Shown: positions 9,088-17,652, counted from the first letter of the stretch. The stretch: 64,000 nt of DNA from Klebsiella pneumoniae (GCA_945862325.1 CAMAXZ010000018.1:15131-79130); one strand, 5' to 3'. A program made the numbers and translations. Notes: a model not told the origin generated them from the sequence alone.

Positions 9088-9573
9088 ATGCCCGTCGACC
9101 CCTCCGCCCTCGCGCGCGCGCCGCTCTTCGCCGACATGACCGCCGACGAACGCGCGGGGCTCGCGTTGTTCTTCACGCCGCGACGGGCGGACGTGGGCGA
9201 GGTCCTGCTGTGGGAGGGCCGGCCGCACGACAGCCTGTTCGTGGTCGAGTCGGGCAGCGTGGTGGTGTCGAAGCAGATCCGGGGCGAGACCGAGGCGGTC
9301 CTCGCGCACCTCAGCACCGGCGCCCACTTCGGAGAGGTCGACCTCATCGACAGCCAATCGGCGTCGGCGAGCGTCACCTGCGAGACGAGCTGTCGGCTCG
9401 CCGTGCTCGAGCAGGAGCAGCTCCGCGGGCTGCTCGCCAACGACGAGCACCTGTTCTCACGGTTCGCCTGGGCCCTCCTGCGCGACCTCGCCGGCAAGCT
9501 CCGCCGCACCAACCAGAAGCTTCAAGAGAGCATCGTGTGGGGCCTCGACGCGACCGCGTCCGACGTCCGCTGA
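9088..9573 (+). CDS. Stand-alone cyclic-nucleotide-binding-domain protein (atypical phosphate-binding cassette)
   Basis: 161 aa. PLFADMTADE...GEVLLWEGRPHDSLFVVESGSV...HFGEVDLID matches the CAP/CNB beta-roll. The conserved R-[ST]-A position reads S-A-S. Confidence 0.75.
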   Translation: MPVDPSALARAPLFADMTADERAGLALFFTPRRADVGEVLLWEGRPHDSLFVVESGSVVVSKQIRGETEAVLAHLSTGAHFGEVDLIDSQSASASVTCETSCRLAVLEQEQLRGLLANDEHLFSRFAWALLRDLAGKLRRTNQKLQESIVWGLDATASDVR

Positions 9574-9577
9574 CGCA

Positions 9578-10660
9578 TCACGTCGCCCGGGCCCACACGA
9601 GCCCTGCCGCCCCGACGACGAGAGCGAGCGCGGAGCACCCGGCGCCCGCGAGCCAGATGCGGTGCGGCCGCTCCAGCGTTCCGGCGCGGAGGGCCCGGAG
9701 CGAGGCCGCGGGCAGCTCCGGGACGCACAGGAGGTCCGCGAGGGCGTGCCCCCCGTCGCTCTGCGGAAAGAACGGCCACGCCGTGAGCGCGGCCTGGACG
9801 AAGAACACGTCGGCGAGCGTCGCGAGCGACCAGCCGAGCGACCCGCCGACCGCGCGCGACGTGATCGCCACGGCGCCCCCGCAGAGGACGGACGCGAACG
9901 GACCCGCCATCGCGACGACCGCGTGCTGGGCGCGGCTGGCCATGAACATGTCCGAGGTGTCGACGAACACCTTGCCGAGCCCGACGCCGACGCCGTTCAC
10001 CCGCCGCCCGTGCCAGGCGCAGGCGACGCCGTGGGCGAGCTCGTGCGGGATGGTCGCCATCGGCCACGCCCCGAGGAAGCCGAGCGCCCACACCCAGTAC
10101 GGAAACGACGCCGACGGTCGGGGGAGCATCAGGTGCGCGAGCAGTCCGCCGAACGCCACCACCCCCCACACCGGGAGCGAGCCCGCGGGGGCGAGCCGAC
10201 TCAGGAACCGGGCGGCCCGTTGGAACGCCGCGTCCACGTCGGTCCAACGGTGCTCCCAACCGACGACGCGCGCGACCGGGGTCTGAACCACCGAGGCGCT
10301 CGCATCGACGATCAAGCCCGCCTTCCGCGCCGCGTTGATGAACCGGGCCACCTTCGAGAGGTCGAGCGAGCCGGAGCGCACGAAGTAGGCCGTGGCGATC
10401 TCCTGCATGTTCCGGCGCCCGTCCATCATCAACCAGAGGGCGTGCTCGGTGTCGTCGACCTGCAGGTAGGTGTTGCGGCCCCGGACGTTCAGCACGAACC
10501 CGCCCTCTTCACGGGCGGCGATCTCGACGGTCACGTCCGCCGGCGGTGACGGACGAAACCGCAAGAGGGCCGCGCCAGGGTCGATGTGCTTGATCTCGAA
10601 GCCGGCTTCGGTGCCCGGGCGACGGACCATGAGCTCGAGCTTCTGGCGCGGAGGAGACAC
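9578..10660 (-). CDS. Membrane M50-family (site-2-protease-like) zinc metalloprotease with PqqD/RRE-like N-terminal domain
   Basis: HExxH inside a TM segment (IPHELAHGVA) and a second motif WPFFPQSDGGH (compare NxxPxxPLDGG). The N-terminal ALWLMMDGRRNMQEIATAYF...VARFINAARKAGLIVD resembles PqqD-type peptide-binding winged helices. Start is GTG 10660 or ATG 10630. Confidence 0.7.
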   Translation of the reverse strand: MSPPRQKLELMVRRPGTEAGFEIKHIDPGAALLRFRPSPPADVTVEIAAREEGGFVLNVRGRNTYLQVDDTEHALWLMMDGRRNMQEIATAYFVRSGSLDLSKVARFINAARKAGLIVDASASVVQTPVARVVGWEHRWTDVDAAFQRAARFLSRLAPAGSLPVWGVVAFGGLLAHLMLPRPSASFPYWVWALGFLGAWPMATIPHELAHGVACAWHGRRVNGVGVGLGKVFVDTSDMFMASRAQHAVVAMAGPFASVLCGGAVAITSRAVGGSLGWSLATLADVFFVQAALTAWPFFPQSDGGHALADLLCVPELPAASLRALRAGTLERPHRIWLAGAGCSALALVVGAAGLVWARAT

Positions 10661-10669
10661 GCGGGAAGG

Positions 10670-10900
10670 CTACGCCGCGGCGTCGCGCGCGAGGAAGGAC
10701 TCGTCGAACGCCTTGTTGAAATTGGAGACACGCTCGGGATTGGCGACCACGTCCTCGATCATCGACAGGCTGGCGGCGTCGAGCTCGATGCTCTCGGCGG
10801 CGAGGGTGCCGCGTACGTCCGCGACCAGGCGGGCGCGGAAGTCCGCGTCGATGAGGGCACGTCCGACGATGGCCTGGAGCTGGGCATTGGTCTGGGGCAT
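10670..10900 (-). CDS. NHLP-clan (Os1348/Franean1_4349-like) small protein, candidate precursor peptide
   Basis: 76 aa. ATG 10900 preceded by GGAGG. QLQAIVGRALIDADFRARLVADVRGTLAAESIELDAASL matches the helical leader-like pattern of nitrile-hydratase-leader-type peptides. It lies 9 nt upstream of the M50 gene. Confidence 0.6.
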   Translation of the reverse strand: MPQTNAQLQAIVGRALIDADFRARLVADVRGTLAAESIELDAASLSMIEDVVANPERVSNFNKAFDESFLARDAAA

Positions 10901-10939
10901 GAAACCTCCGCGTCCGGCGACGGCCGGAACCTCGGCAAT

Positions 10940-11857
10940 CTACGCCGTCGCGAGCGCGGCGGCGAGGCGCAACGCCACGAGCCGCGCGCGCGCCTCGCGC
11001 AGGTACGTCATGCGCCGCTCGGTCCACGCGTCGAAGCCGGCCAGGCCGACCTCGGCGGCGAGCGGGAGGCACGCGCGATGGTCGACCTCCGCCGCCGCCA
11101 GCGCGTCGTCGAGCCACGGGTCGGCCTGGAGGGCGGCGCGCACGCCCGCGTCGTGCAGCGGCGGATCGACCGAGGCGCGCACGCGCGCGAGGAGGAAGGT
11201 CTCGGCGCCGCTCCGAAGGTCCCGGTCGTGCCCGAACACGTCGTTCGCGCGCCCGTAGGCCACGCCGAGCCGATGCACGAGCGGTCGGACGGCCGCGGCG
11301 CGATCCCACCGCCCGGCGCGCGCGAGGGCCGCGAGCAGCGGGATCTCCGCGAGCGCGACCTTCTCGGCATGCGCGACGAAGTCGGCCTCCGCGTAGGCGC
11401 TCCGGGCGGCGATGTGCGCGCGTTCGGCCTCCGTCCACGCGGCGTACCGGAGCCACGCGTCGCGCGCGGCGGCGCCGAACTCTGGATGCGGAACCTGCGC
11501 GAACCCGGCGAAGGCGTCCCAACGGTAGGCGTCCGCGAGCAGCAGGAGCGACGCGTCCCCTCGCCCGCTCGGCTCGTCCACCAGATTGTCGACGATGCGC
11601 ACGGCGAAGTACGCGAGGGCCGTCGCTTCGAGGTCGCCGAGCAGCAGCTCCGCGTCGAGCCCCGCGTCGTCGGCGGCCATGAGCGGCAGCGCGAGCAGCG
11701 GCGGCGACGCCGGCAACGAGAAGTACGCCCGATCCGCGGCGCCGATGCCCGCGAAGTGGCGCTCCGCCGAGGCGCGCAGCGGCGCCGGATAGGCCGACAC
11801 GCGCGCTTCGAGGCGCGCCCACACCCGCGCGATCGGACCGGCCCACGGCGAGTACAT
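10940..11857 (-). CDS. Isoprenoid-synthase-fold (polyprenyl synthetase-like) protein with degenerate Asp-rich motifs
   Basis: 305 aa, all-helical. AYFAVRIVDNLVDEPSGRG aligns with the FARM region (first Asp-rich motif, xxDDxxD...RRG), and LGVAYGRANDVFGHDRD with the SARM region (second Asp-rich motif). The ATG overlaps the upstream stop (TGATG). Confidence 0.5.
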   Translation of the reverse strand: MYSPWAGPIARVWARLEARVSAYPAPLRASAERHFAGIGAADRAYFSLPASPPLLALPLMAADDAGLDAELLLGDLEATALAYFAVRIVDNLVDEPSGRGDASLLLLADAYRWDAFAGFAQVPHPEFGAAARDAWLRYAAWTEAERAHIAARSAYAEADFVAHAEKVALAEIPLLAALARAGRWDRAAAVRPLVHRLGVAYGRANDVFGHDRDLRSGAETFLLARVRASVDPPLHDAGVRAALQADPWLDDALAAAEVDHRACLPLAAEVGLAGFDAWTERRMTYLREARARLVALRLAAALATA

Positions 11858-13230
11858 CAGGCCGACGGGCGCTCGACGATCTCGGGGGCGGTGAGGGTCT
11901 CGGACACCCGCGTCTCCAGGCTGAGCCCCCACAGCACCGGCTCTCCCCGCTTGCCGCGGACCTTCACCGGTGGCAAGCGTCGGAATCCGGCGACGTGCCG
12001 GACGTGCTCGTGCACCGAGTCGCTCACGATCACGGTGCACGCGAGGTCCTTCGTGAGCTCTTGGAGCCGCGCCGCGAAGTTCACGGTGTCGCCGATGACG
12101 GTGAACTCCATCCGCTGCTCGGATCCGATGTTCCCCGCGACCACTTCGCCGTGCGCGATTCCGACGCCGATCCGGAGCTCGGCGGCGTCCGCGCCCAACA
12201 GGCCCTCGTTGAGCGATCGCACGCGGTCGACGATCTCGATGGCGGTGCGAACGGCGCGCTCCGGCGCGTCCGGCATCTCGCGCGGCACCCCGTAGACGGC
12301 CATCAACCCGTCCCCGAGAAACTTGTCGAGGGTGCCGCCGTTCCGGAACACGACCTCCACGAACTCCGTGAAGCACACATTGAGGAACTCGACGACCCGC
12401 TCCGGCGCAGAACGCTCAGCAAACGCCGTGAAGTTGCGGATGTCGAGGAACAGCACCGTCGCCGTGCGCCGCACGCCGCCGAGGCCCATCGCCGCCGGGT
12501 TCTGCAGCACGTAGTCGAGGACCTCCGCCGACATGTAGCGACGGAACCGGTCGGACTCGGACTGCAGGCGCTGCGCCCGTAGGGTCTCGCGCGCGCTCGC
12601 GACCAGGAGGCGGCGGTTGAGCTCGGCGAACCAGGCCATCACCGCGCCGAAGACCAACAAGAAGAATACGCCGGTGCCCTGCTCGGCGAGGTTCACCGCC
12701 TTCACGCCGTAGACCACCTCGTCGGTCGTCTCGGCGATCCCCGCGGACACGAGCCCGACCAGGAGGGCGAGGCGCGCGAACGCGGCGCAGCCCGCGGCCC
12801 AGAGCGACACGGACGAGCTGTACTGCAGCCCCGTGAGGCCGATCCAGATCAGGTACAGCATCGGGTAAATCGGAGCCAGCAACGCCTCGTATGCCCCGGA
12901 TGGCCCGGCCACGGTCGCGGCGGCGGCGCCCGTGACGACGGCCATGTCCACGGCGACGTTCACGTACCGAAGCGCCGCCGGGTGGCGCCCGGACGAGTAC
13001 ACCGCGAGCGCCGCCCCGGACCACACGGCGTAGCCCGCGCCGATCCCCAGGGTGGTCCACATGATCTCCGGTGGATTGCTCGACCACTGCGGCAGCAGCG
13101 CGAGGATGCCCGCGGCGCTGAGGCCGAGCCGGATCCGGGTGACCGTGACCTCGCCGCGCGCCACCTCGGGGGCGAGGATGCGCTCGACCTCGGGCGGCAG
13201 GGCCTCGGCGCGGAAGTACGAGGCGCTCAT
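11857..13230 (-). CDS. Membrane-bound class III adenylate/guanylate cyclase
   Basis: About 6 TM helices followed by a catalytic domain: TVLFLDIRNFTAFAE...GGTLDKFLGDGLMAVYG...GIAHGEVVAGNIGS..R.EFTVIGDTVNFAARL. Confidence 0.9.
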   Translation of the reverse strand: MSASYFRAEALPPEVERILAPEVARGEVTVTRIRLGLSAAGILALLPQWSSNPPEIMWTTLGIGAGYAVWSGAALAVYSSGRHPAALRYVNVAVDMAVVTGAAAATVAGPSGAYEALLAPIYPMLYLIWIGLTGLQYSSSVSLWAAGCAAFARLALLVGLVSAGIAETTDEVVYGVKAVNLAEQGTGVFFLLVFGAVMAWFAELNRRLLVASARETLRAQRLQSESDRFRRYMSAEVLDYVLQNPAAMGLGGVRRTATVLFLDIRNFTAFAERSAPERVVEFLNVCFTEFVEVVFRNGGTLDKFLGDGLMAVYGVPREMPDAPERAVRTAIEIVDRVRSLNEGLLGADAAELRIGVGIAHGEVVAGNIGSEQRMEFTVIGDTVNFAARLQELTKDLACTVIVSDSVHEHVRHVAGFRRLPPVKVRGKRGEPVLWGLSLETRVSETLTAPEIVERPSA

Positions 13231-14150
13231 GCGGCGCTCACCGCGCGCAGGGCGAGCAGCGCGTTGGCGGTGGCGTAGAGATCGCCGGTGTAGAACACCG
13301 CGTCGGGACAGTCTCCCAGCGGAAACCTTCCATCTTCGACCTGGAACTCCCACAGCCGCGCCGCGGCCGCGGCGACCGCCGGGTCGTCGGCGGGCTGGCC
13401 GGCCCGGAGGCGGGCCAACAAGGCCCACGCGGTCGGGAGCACGCTGCTCGGGCGGTGGGGTCCGAAGCCGTGCCCGCCGTCGGCGTGGGTGGTCGCGTCC
13501 AGCCACGCCCGGAGGGGCGCCGGTTCGACAACGGCGGCGCACACGTGCGCCGCGTAGAGCGGGGTGCCGTAGAAGGCGTCGTGGGCGTGCCACCCGCCGT
13601 CCGGAGCCCGCACCCGCGCGACGAACGCGCGCCCGGCGACGGCGAGGGGCTCGTCCGGCGCGAGCAGCGGCAGGACCCACCCGGTCACGGACGGTCCGGT
13701 CGCGTAGTGCGCGTGGCCACCGGGCGCCTCGAGGAGCGCCGCCGCCCACGTGCCGCCCGGAAGGGCATGGCGACGCGCGAGCGCCGCCAGCGCAGGCGCG
13801 CGCTCCGGATCGACGAGGGCCCAGGCGGCGGTCGTCTCCCAGCAGAGCGCGGGCCGCGCGCGCCAGTGCGGGAGCCCGCCGGCCCCGGCGAGCTCGCGGA
13901 GCGCCGCCGTCGAGGCCGCGGGCACCGGCGCGCCCCAGGCGCGAAGCGCGCGCAGCGTCGTGATCGTGTGCCACACGTCGGAGCCGGCGCCGAGCTTGTA
14001 CAGCTCGCGGCGCGGAGCTCCGGCAGGGTCCGCCAGCACCGCGGCGAGGTCGTCCACCGGGTCCCGCGCGAAACCGTCCGACGCGATCGTGCGGGCCAGC
14101 CACGCCACGGCGCGGCCTGCTGGAGGGTCGAGGTTGGTCGCCTGGGCCAT
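13227..14150 (-). CDS. Prenyltransferase/squalene-cyclase-repeat (alpha-alpha toroid) protein
   Basis: Repeated aromatic/Gly motifs (GGLPHW, PGGTWAA, PDGGWHAHDAFYG, ADGGHGFG, EDGRFP). Start is ATG 14150, 10 nt after the purK stop; ATG 14183 is an alternative. The stop overlaps the cyclase ATG (ATGA). Confidence 0.6.
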   Translation of the reverse strand: MAQATNLDPPAGRAVAWLARTIASDGFARDPVDDLAAVLADPAGAPRRELYKLGAGSDVWHTITTLRALRAWGAPVPAASTAALRELAGAGGLPHWRARPALCWETTAAWALVDPERAPALAALARRHALPGGTWAAALLEAPGGHAHYATGPSVTGWVLPLLAPDEPLAVAGRAFVARVRAPDGGWHAHDAFYGTPLYAAHVCAAVVEPAPLRAWLDATTHADGGHGFGPHRPSSVLPTAWALLARLRAGQPADDPAVAAAAARLWEFQVEDGRFPLGDCPDAVFYTGDLYATANALLALRAVSAA

Positions 14151-14160
14151 CCCGCCGATA

Positions 14161-15303
14161 CTACCACCCGAACCGAAGCGCATCCGCAGCGGCGCCTGCG
14201 GCGGCCTCCGCGAGGTCCGCCGACGTCGCGAGCGCGGTGACGTGACCCATCTTGCGGCGCGGGCGCACCGTGCGCTTCCCGTACAGGTGCACGTGCACGT
14301 CGCCGCCGTCCACCGCCTCCACGCCGGCGAGCGCGCCGGACGCGCGGACCCCGGCCGGACCGAGGAGGTTCACCATCGCCGCGGGGGCGCGGAGCGCGGG
14401 CGCCACCACCGGCAACCCGACGACCGCCCGCACGTGCTGCGCGAACTGCGAGATCGTGCACGCCTCGAGCGTGAGGTGCCCGCTGTTGTGCACGCGCGGC
14501 GCGAGCTCGTTCACGACCACTTCGTCGCCACGCACGAAGCACTCCACCGTCAACGTGCCGACGAGGTTCACCGCCTCGGCCAGCACCCTCGCGATCTGCA
14601 CCGCCCGGGCCTGCGCCGTGGCGGAGGCGCGCGCCGGACATCGGGTCACCCGGAGGATGCCGTCCCCGTGGTGGTTCTCGAACACCGGGAACACCTCGGC
14701 GCGACCGGACACGTCGCGCGCGACCACGACGGAGATCTCGAGGTCGAACGCGACCTCCGCCTCGAGCAACCACCGACCGCCCGGCGCGACCACGGCCTCG
14801 GCCGCGCGACGCCCCTCGGCGTCGGCCACGCGCCACTGCCCGCCGCCGTCGTAGCCCCCGCGCGCCGACTTGAGCCGGCAGACCCCGCCGAGGCGCGCGA
14901 GCCCGGCCGCGAGCGACGGCCCGTCCCGGACCTCCACGCCGGACGCGGTCGCGATCCCGAGGCGGTGGAGGAACGCGTGCTCGACGAGCCGGTCCTGGGT
15001 GATCTCGAGCAGCTCCGCGTCGGGACGACACGGACGACGGGCCTGCAGCGCGCGCACCGCGCCCGCGGGCACATTCTCGAACTCGTAGGTGAGCACGTCG
15101 CACAGACCCGCGAGCGCGTCGAGCGCGTCGGGGTCCTCGTACGGTGCACGAATCGTGCGATCCGCGACCGCCGCGGCAGGCGCGTCCTCCTCCGGCGCGC
15201 ACACGACCACGCCGTACCCGAGCTGGCGCGCCGCGACCGCGATCATCCGCCCGAGCTGGCCACCGCCGAGCACGCCGATCGTGCCGTCGCCCGGCCGGAT
15301 CAT
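14161..15303 (-). CDS. purK: N5-carboxyaminoimidazole ribonucleotide synthase
   Basis: [12 protein letters not shown]...TYEFENV...ATP-grasp...[12 protein letters not shown]...KMGH. The ATG overlaps the purE stop (ATGA). Confidence 0.92.
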   Translation of the reverse strand: MIRPGDGTIGVLGGGQLGRMIAVAARQLGYGVVVCAPEEDAPAAAVADRTIRAPYEDPDALDALAGLCDVLTYEFENVPAGAVRALQARRPCRPDAELLEITQDRLVEHAFLHRLGIATASGVEVRDGPSLAAGLARLGGVCRLKSARGGYDGGGQWRVADAEGRRAAEAVVAPGGRWLLEAEVAFDLEISVVVARDVSGRAEVFPVFENHHGDGILRVTRCPARASATAQARAVQIARVLAEAVNLVGTLTVECFVRGDEVVVNELAPRVHNSGHLTLEACTISQFAQHVRAVVGLPVVAPALRAPAAMVNLLGPAGVRASGALAGVEAVDGGDVHVHLYGKRTVRPRRKMGHVTALATSADLAEAAAGAAADALRFGW

Positions 15304-15767
15304 GCGCCGACGGCGTCGCGGGCCTGCTCCGCCGCGTACTGTTCGAGCGCCGTCGCCAGCCCGGGATCCGCGAGGGCGAGGATGCGGATGGCGAACAAGG
15401 CCGCGTTCTCGGCGTTTCCGATCGCCATCGTCGCGACCGGGACGCCGCGCGGCATCTGGACGATCGACAACAACGAGTCGAGCCCGTTGAGCGCGCTGCT
15501 CTTCACCGGCACGCCGATGACCGGGAGGCGCGTCTTCGCAGCGACCATTCCCGGCAGGTGCGCCGCGCCGCCGGCGCCGGCGATGATCACCTTCAGACCG
15601 CGATCCGCCGCGCCCTCGGCGTACGCGAACATGCGATCCGGAGTGCGGTGCGCGCTCACGACGAGGGACTCCGCCGGAACGTTGAAGCGCGCGAGCAGCT
15701 CGAGCGCGCCGACCATCGTCGGCTCGTCCGAGCGGCTTCCCATGATGACACCGACGAGAGGGCTCAA
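15300..15767 (-). CDS. purE: N5-CAIR mutase
   Basis: [12 protein letters not shown]...SAHRTP...[29 protein letters not shown] start at 15767 preceded by GGAG; it overlaps the upstream stop (TTGA). Confidence 0.9.
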   Translation of the reverse strand: MSPLVGVIMGSRSDEPTMVGALELLARFNVPAESLVVSAHRTPDRMFAYAEGAADRGLKVIIAGAGGAAHLPGMVAAKTRLPVIGVPVKSSALNGLDSLLSIVQMPRGVPVATMAIGNAENAALFAIRILALADPGLATALEQYAAEQARDAVGA

Positions 15768-17164
15768 AATCGTACTCCGATGCCGCCGGTGAGCCGAAGG
15801 GCGTAGCCGGCGCGCGGGAGGGTGTCGGGGGCGAGGGTGACGTCGCCCGTGGTGGACTCGAGCTCGCCCGGGCTGACGAGCCAGGTGACGGGCACCTCGA
15901 GGAAGATCGAGAACGGGGCCGCGGCGTCGACCGCGAGCCCGAGGCCCCCGGTGGGGCCCCAGCTCGCCCCGCCGGGCGCGTCCGGGTACTCGACCTCGCC
16001 GAGGTCCGGCACCGAAAAACCATCGTTGATTCGGATCGTGAGCGCGGCGAGCACGTAGGGCTTCACGATGCCCGTGGCCACGGGGTAGAACCGCACCCGG
16101 GGCTCGAGGACGAACTGCGCGGCCGAGACGCTCTCTGGCGGGTCGAGCTCCTCGACGCGGAGGGTGTCGCAGGCCCCCGCCACGCACTCCCAGCCGGTGT
16201 CGAGGTGCTTCTTGCCGAGCTGGAACCCGGCGGCCACGGCGGTGTCGATCCACCAGTTGGGGGCGTACCCGACGGACAGGGTCCCCCCGGCCGCCTGGCC
16301 GGACACCTCGCCCTCCCACACCCGGGTGCCGATGGTGACCACCTGCCCGTCCTCGACGTCGTGATTGGTACGAACGCCGTAGCCGCGATCCACGTCGCCG
16401 AGGGTCCAGCCACCCGCGAGCTCGACGAACACCCGACCGCTCCGGACGCGCGACCGGCGCAGCCAGGCGTCACGCGCCTCCCCGCTCTCGACGTACCGCG
16501 CGTACGGACGCGCCGGGACACCCATGATCATGCGCTCCTCGGCGCGATCGACCGCGGGCAGGCGGTCGGAGGGGGTCCGATCGACGGGGATACGCTCCGG
16601 CGGCGGAGCCGGTGGCACGGGCTCGACGGGCGGCGGGGGAGCCGCGGGCGGCCCCTCGACGAGGATCTCCTCGTCCGGGAGGGTCATCGCCGGCGTGATC
16701 GGCGCGCGCGGCGGCAGCACCCGGAGCGCGTCGCGCGCCGCCCGCGCGAGGGTGTTCGCGAGCGCGCGCTCGCCCCCCAGCGCCACGCGCTCGCGGTACA
16801 CCTTGAAGGGCGCCGCGTCGTCGACGCCGTGAAATCTAGCTTCGACGTCGATCCCCTCCGAGGAGCGAACCACGGACGTGACGACCGCGAGGCGCGCGTC
16901 GGAGCGCTCCCAGAGGTTCGCCGGACAGGCCGGCCGCTCGAAGCAGTCGTCCGCCGCGCCGCCGGCCCACGCGCGGATCGTGTCGCCGTCGTCGACCGAC
17001 ACGCCGCCATCGAGGAGGGCCTGGATGAGAAAACTCTGAAAGATCGCCGCGACAGCGAGATCGTCGACGTCCCCGGAGACCGGGTCGGGCACGAGCACGT
17101 CGGCGGCGCGGGCGGAGCCGACCAGACAGGCCGCGGCGACCCCGAGGGCGAGCAGCCGCCGCAT
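15764..17164 (-). CDS. Secreted protein with Pro-rich linker and C-terminal beta-barrel-like domain (putative outer-membrane protein)
   Basis: Signal peptide [20 protein letters not shown]. The C-terminal half has alternating hydrophobic beta-strand patterns and ends ...LTGGIGVRF (terminal Phe). Confidence 0.6.
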   Translation of the reverse strand: MRRLLALGVAAACLVGSARAADVLVPDPVSGDVDDLAVAAIFQSFLIQALLDGGVSVDDGDTIRAWAGGAADDCFERPACPANLWERSDARLAVVTSVVRSSEGIDVEARFHGVDDAAPFKVYRERVALGGERALANTLARAARDALRVLPPRAPITPAMTLPDEEILVEGPPAAPPPPVEPVPPAPPPERIPVDRTPSDRLPAVDRAEERMIMGVPARPYARYVESGEARDAWLRRSRVRSGRVFVELAGGWTLGDVDRGYGVRTNHDVEDGQVVTIGTRVWEGEVSGQAAGGTLSVGYAPNWWIDTAVAAGFQLGKKHLDTGWECVAGACDTLRVEELDPPESVSAAQFVLEPRVRFYPVATGIVKPYVLAALTIRINDGFSVPDLGEVEYPDAPGGASWGPTGGLGLAVDAAAPFSIFLEVPVTWLVSPGELESTTGDVTLAPDTLPRAGYALRLTGGIGVRF

Positions 17165-17652
17165 CACCGGAGGTTTCGACACCACTCGGCGGTGTAGCTG
17201 CCCGACACGGACCCGCCGTCCTCGAAGGTGACGGCCTCGAGCACCCCCTCCGCGAGGTCCTCTTCGTCGAGGGTGTCGACCGTGAACAAACCCGCCGTGG
17301 CGGTGGTGAACGTCGCGGCACCGTTGACGACCGACACGACGGTGGACGTGACGCCCGCGTCCGGCGCGACCGCGTGGCGCCCCTCGAGCATGTCCAGGTC
17401 GGCGTCGGGGTTGTCCGCGAACGCGAACTGCACGAGCGCGGTGTCGAGGTCGGTGGGGGCCACGCCTTCCTCGTAGTTGCGGGCGACCCACGCCAGGTCG
17501 AGGCACTCCACCTCGATCGTGGAGATCACGACGTAGGGGCCGCCGAAGTACACGAAGCGCGTGTCCTCGAAGTCGACGCCGCCGGCGCTGCCGGAGATCT
17601 CGGACGAGGCGCCGCCGCAGCCGACGAGCACGAGGAGCAGGACGAGGCGCAT
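17164..17652 (-). CDS. Lipoprotein, function unknown
   Basis: MRLVLLLVLVGC lipobox. 162 aa. The stop overlaps the downstream ATG. Confidence 0.65.
   Translation of the reverse strand: MRLVLLLVLVGCGGASSEISGSAGGVDFEDTRFVYFGGPYVVISTIEVECLDLAWVARNYEEGVAPTDLDTALVQFAFADNPDADLDMLEGRHAVAPDAGVTSTVVSVVNGAATFTTATAGLFTVDTLDEEDLAEGVLEAVTFEDGGSVSGSYTAEWCRNLR

Noticed and set aside
9578-14150. Interpreting the cluster as a conventional terpene biosynthetic gene cluster.
   Set aside because: There is no canonical DDxxD/NSE terpene synthase, no DxDD class II motif that I could see in the toroid protein, and no P450 or MEP/MVA genes. It is kept only as an unusual mixed module, not as a classical terpene BGC.
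14161-16023. 620-aa ORF implying a fused purK with a long N-terminal extension.
   Set aside because: The extension is out of frame and overlaps purE. purK begins at ATG 15303, which gives the canonical [11 protein letters not shown]-terminus and an ATGA overlap with the purE stop.
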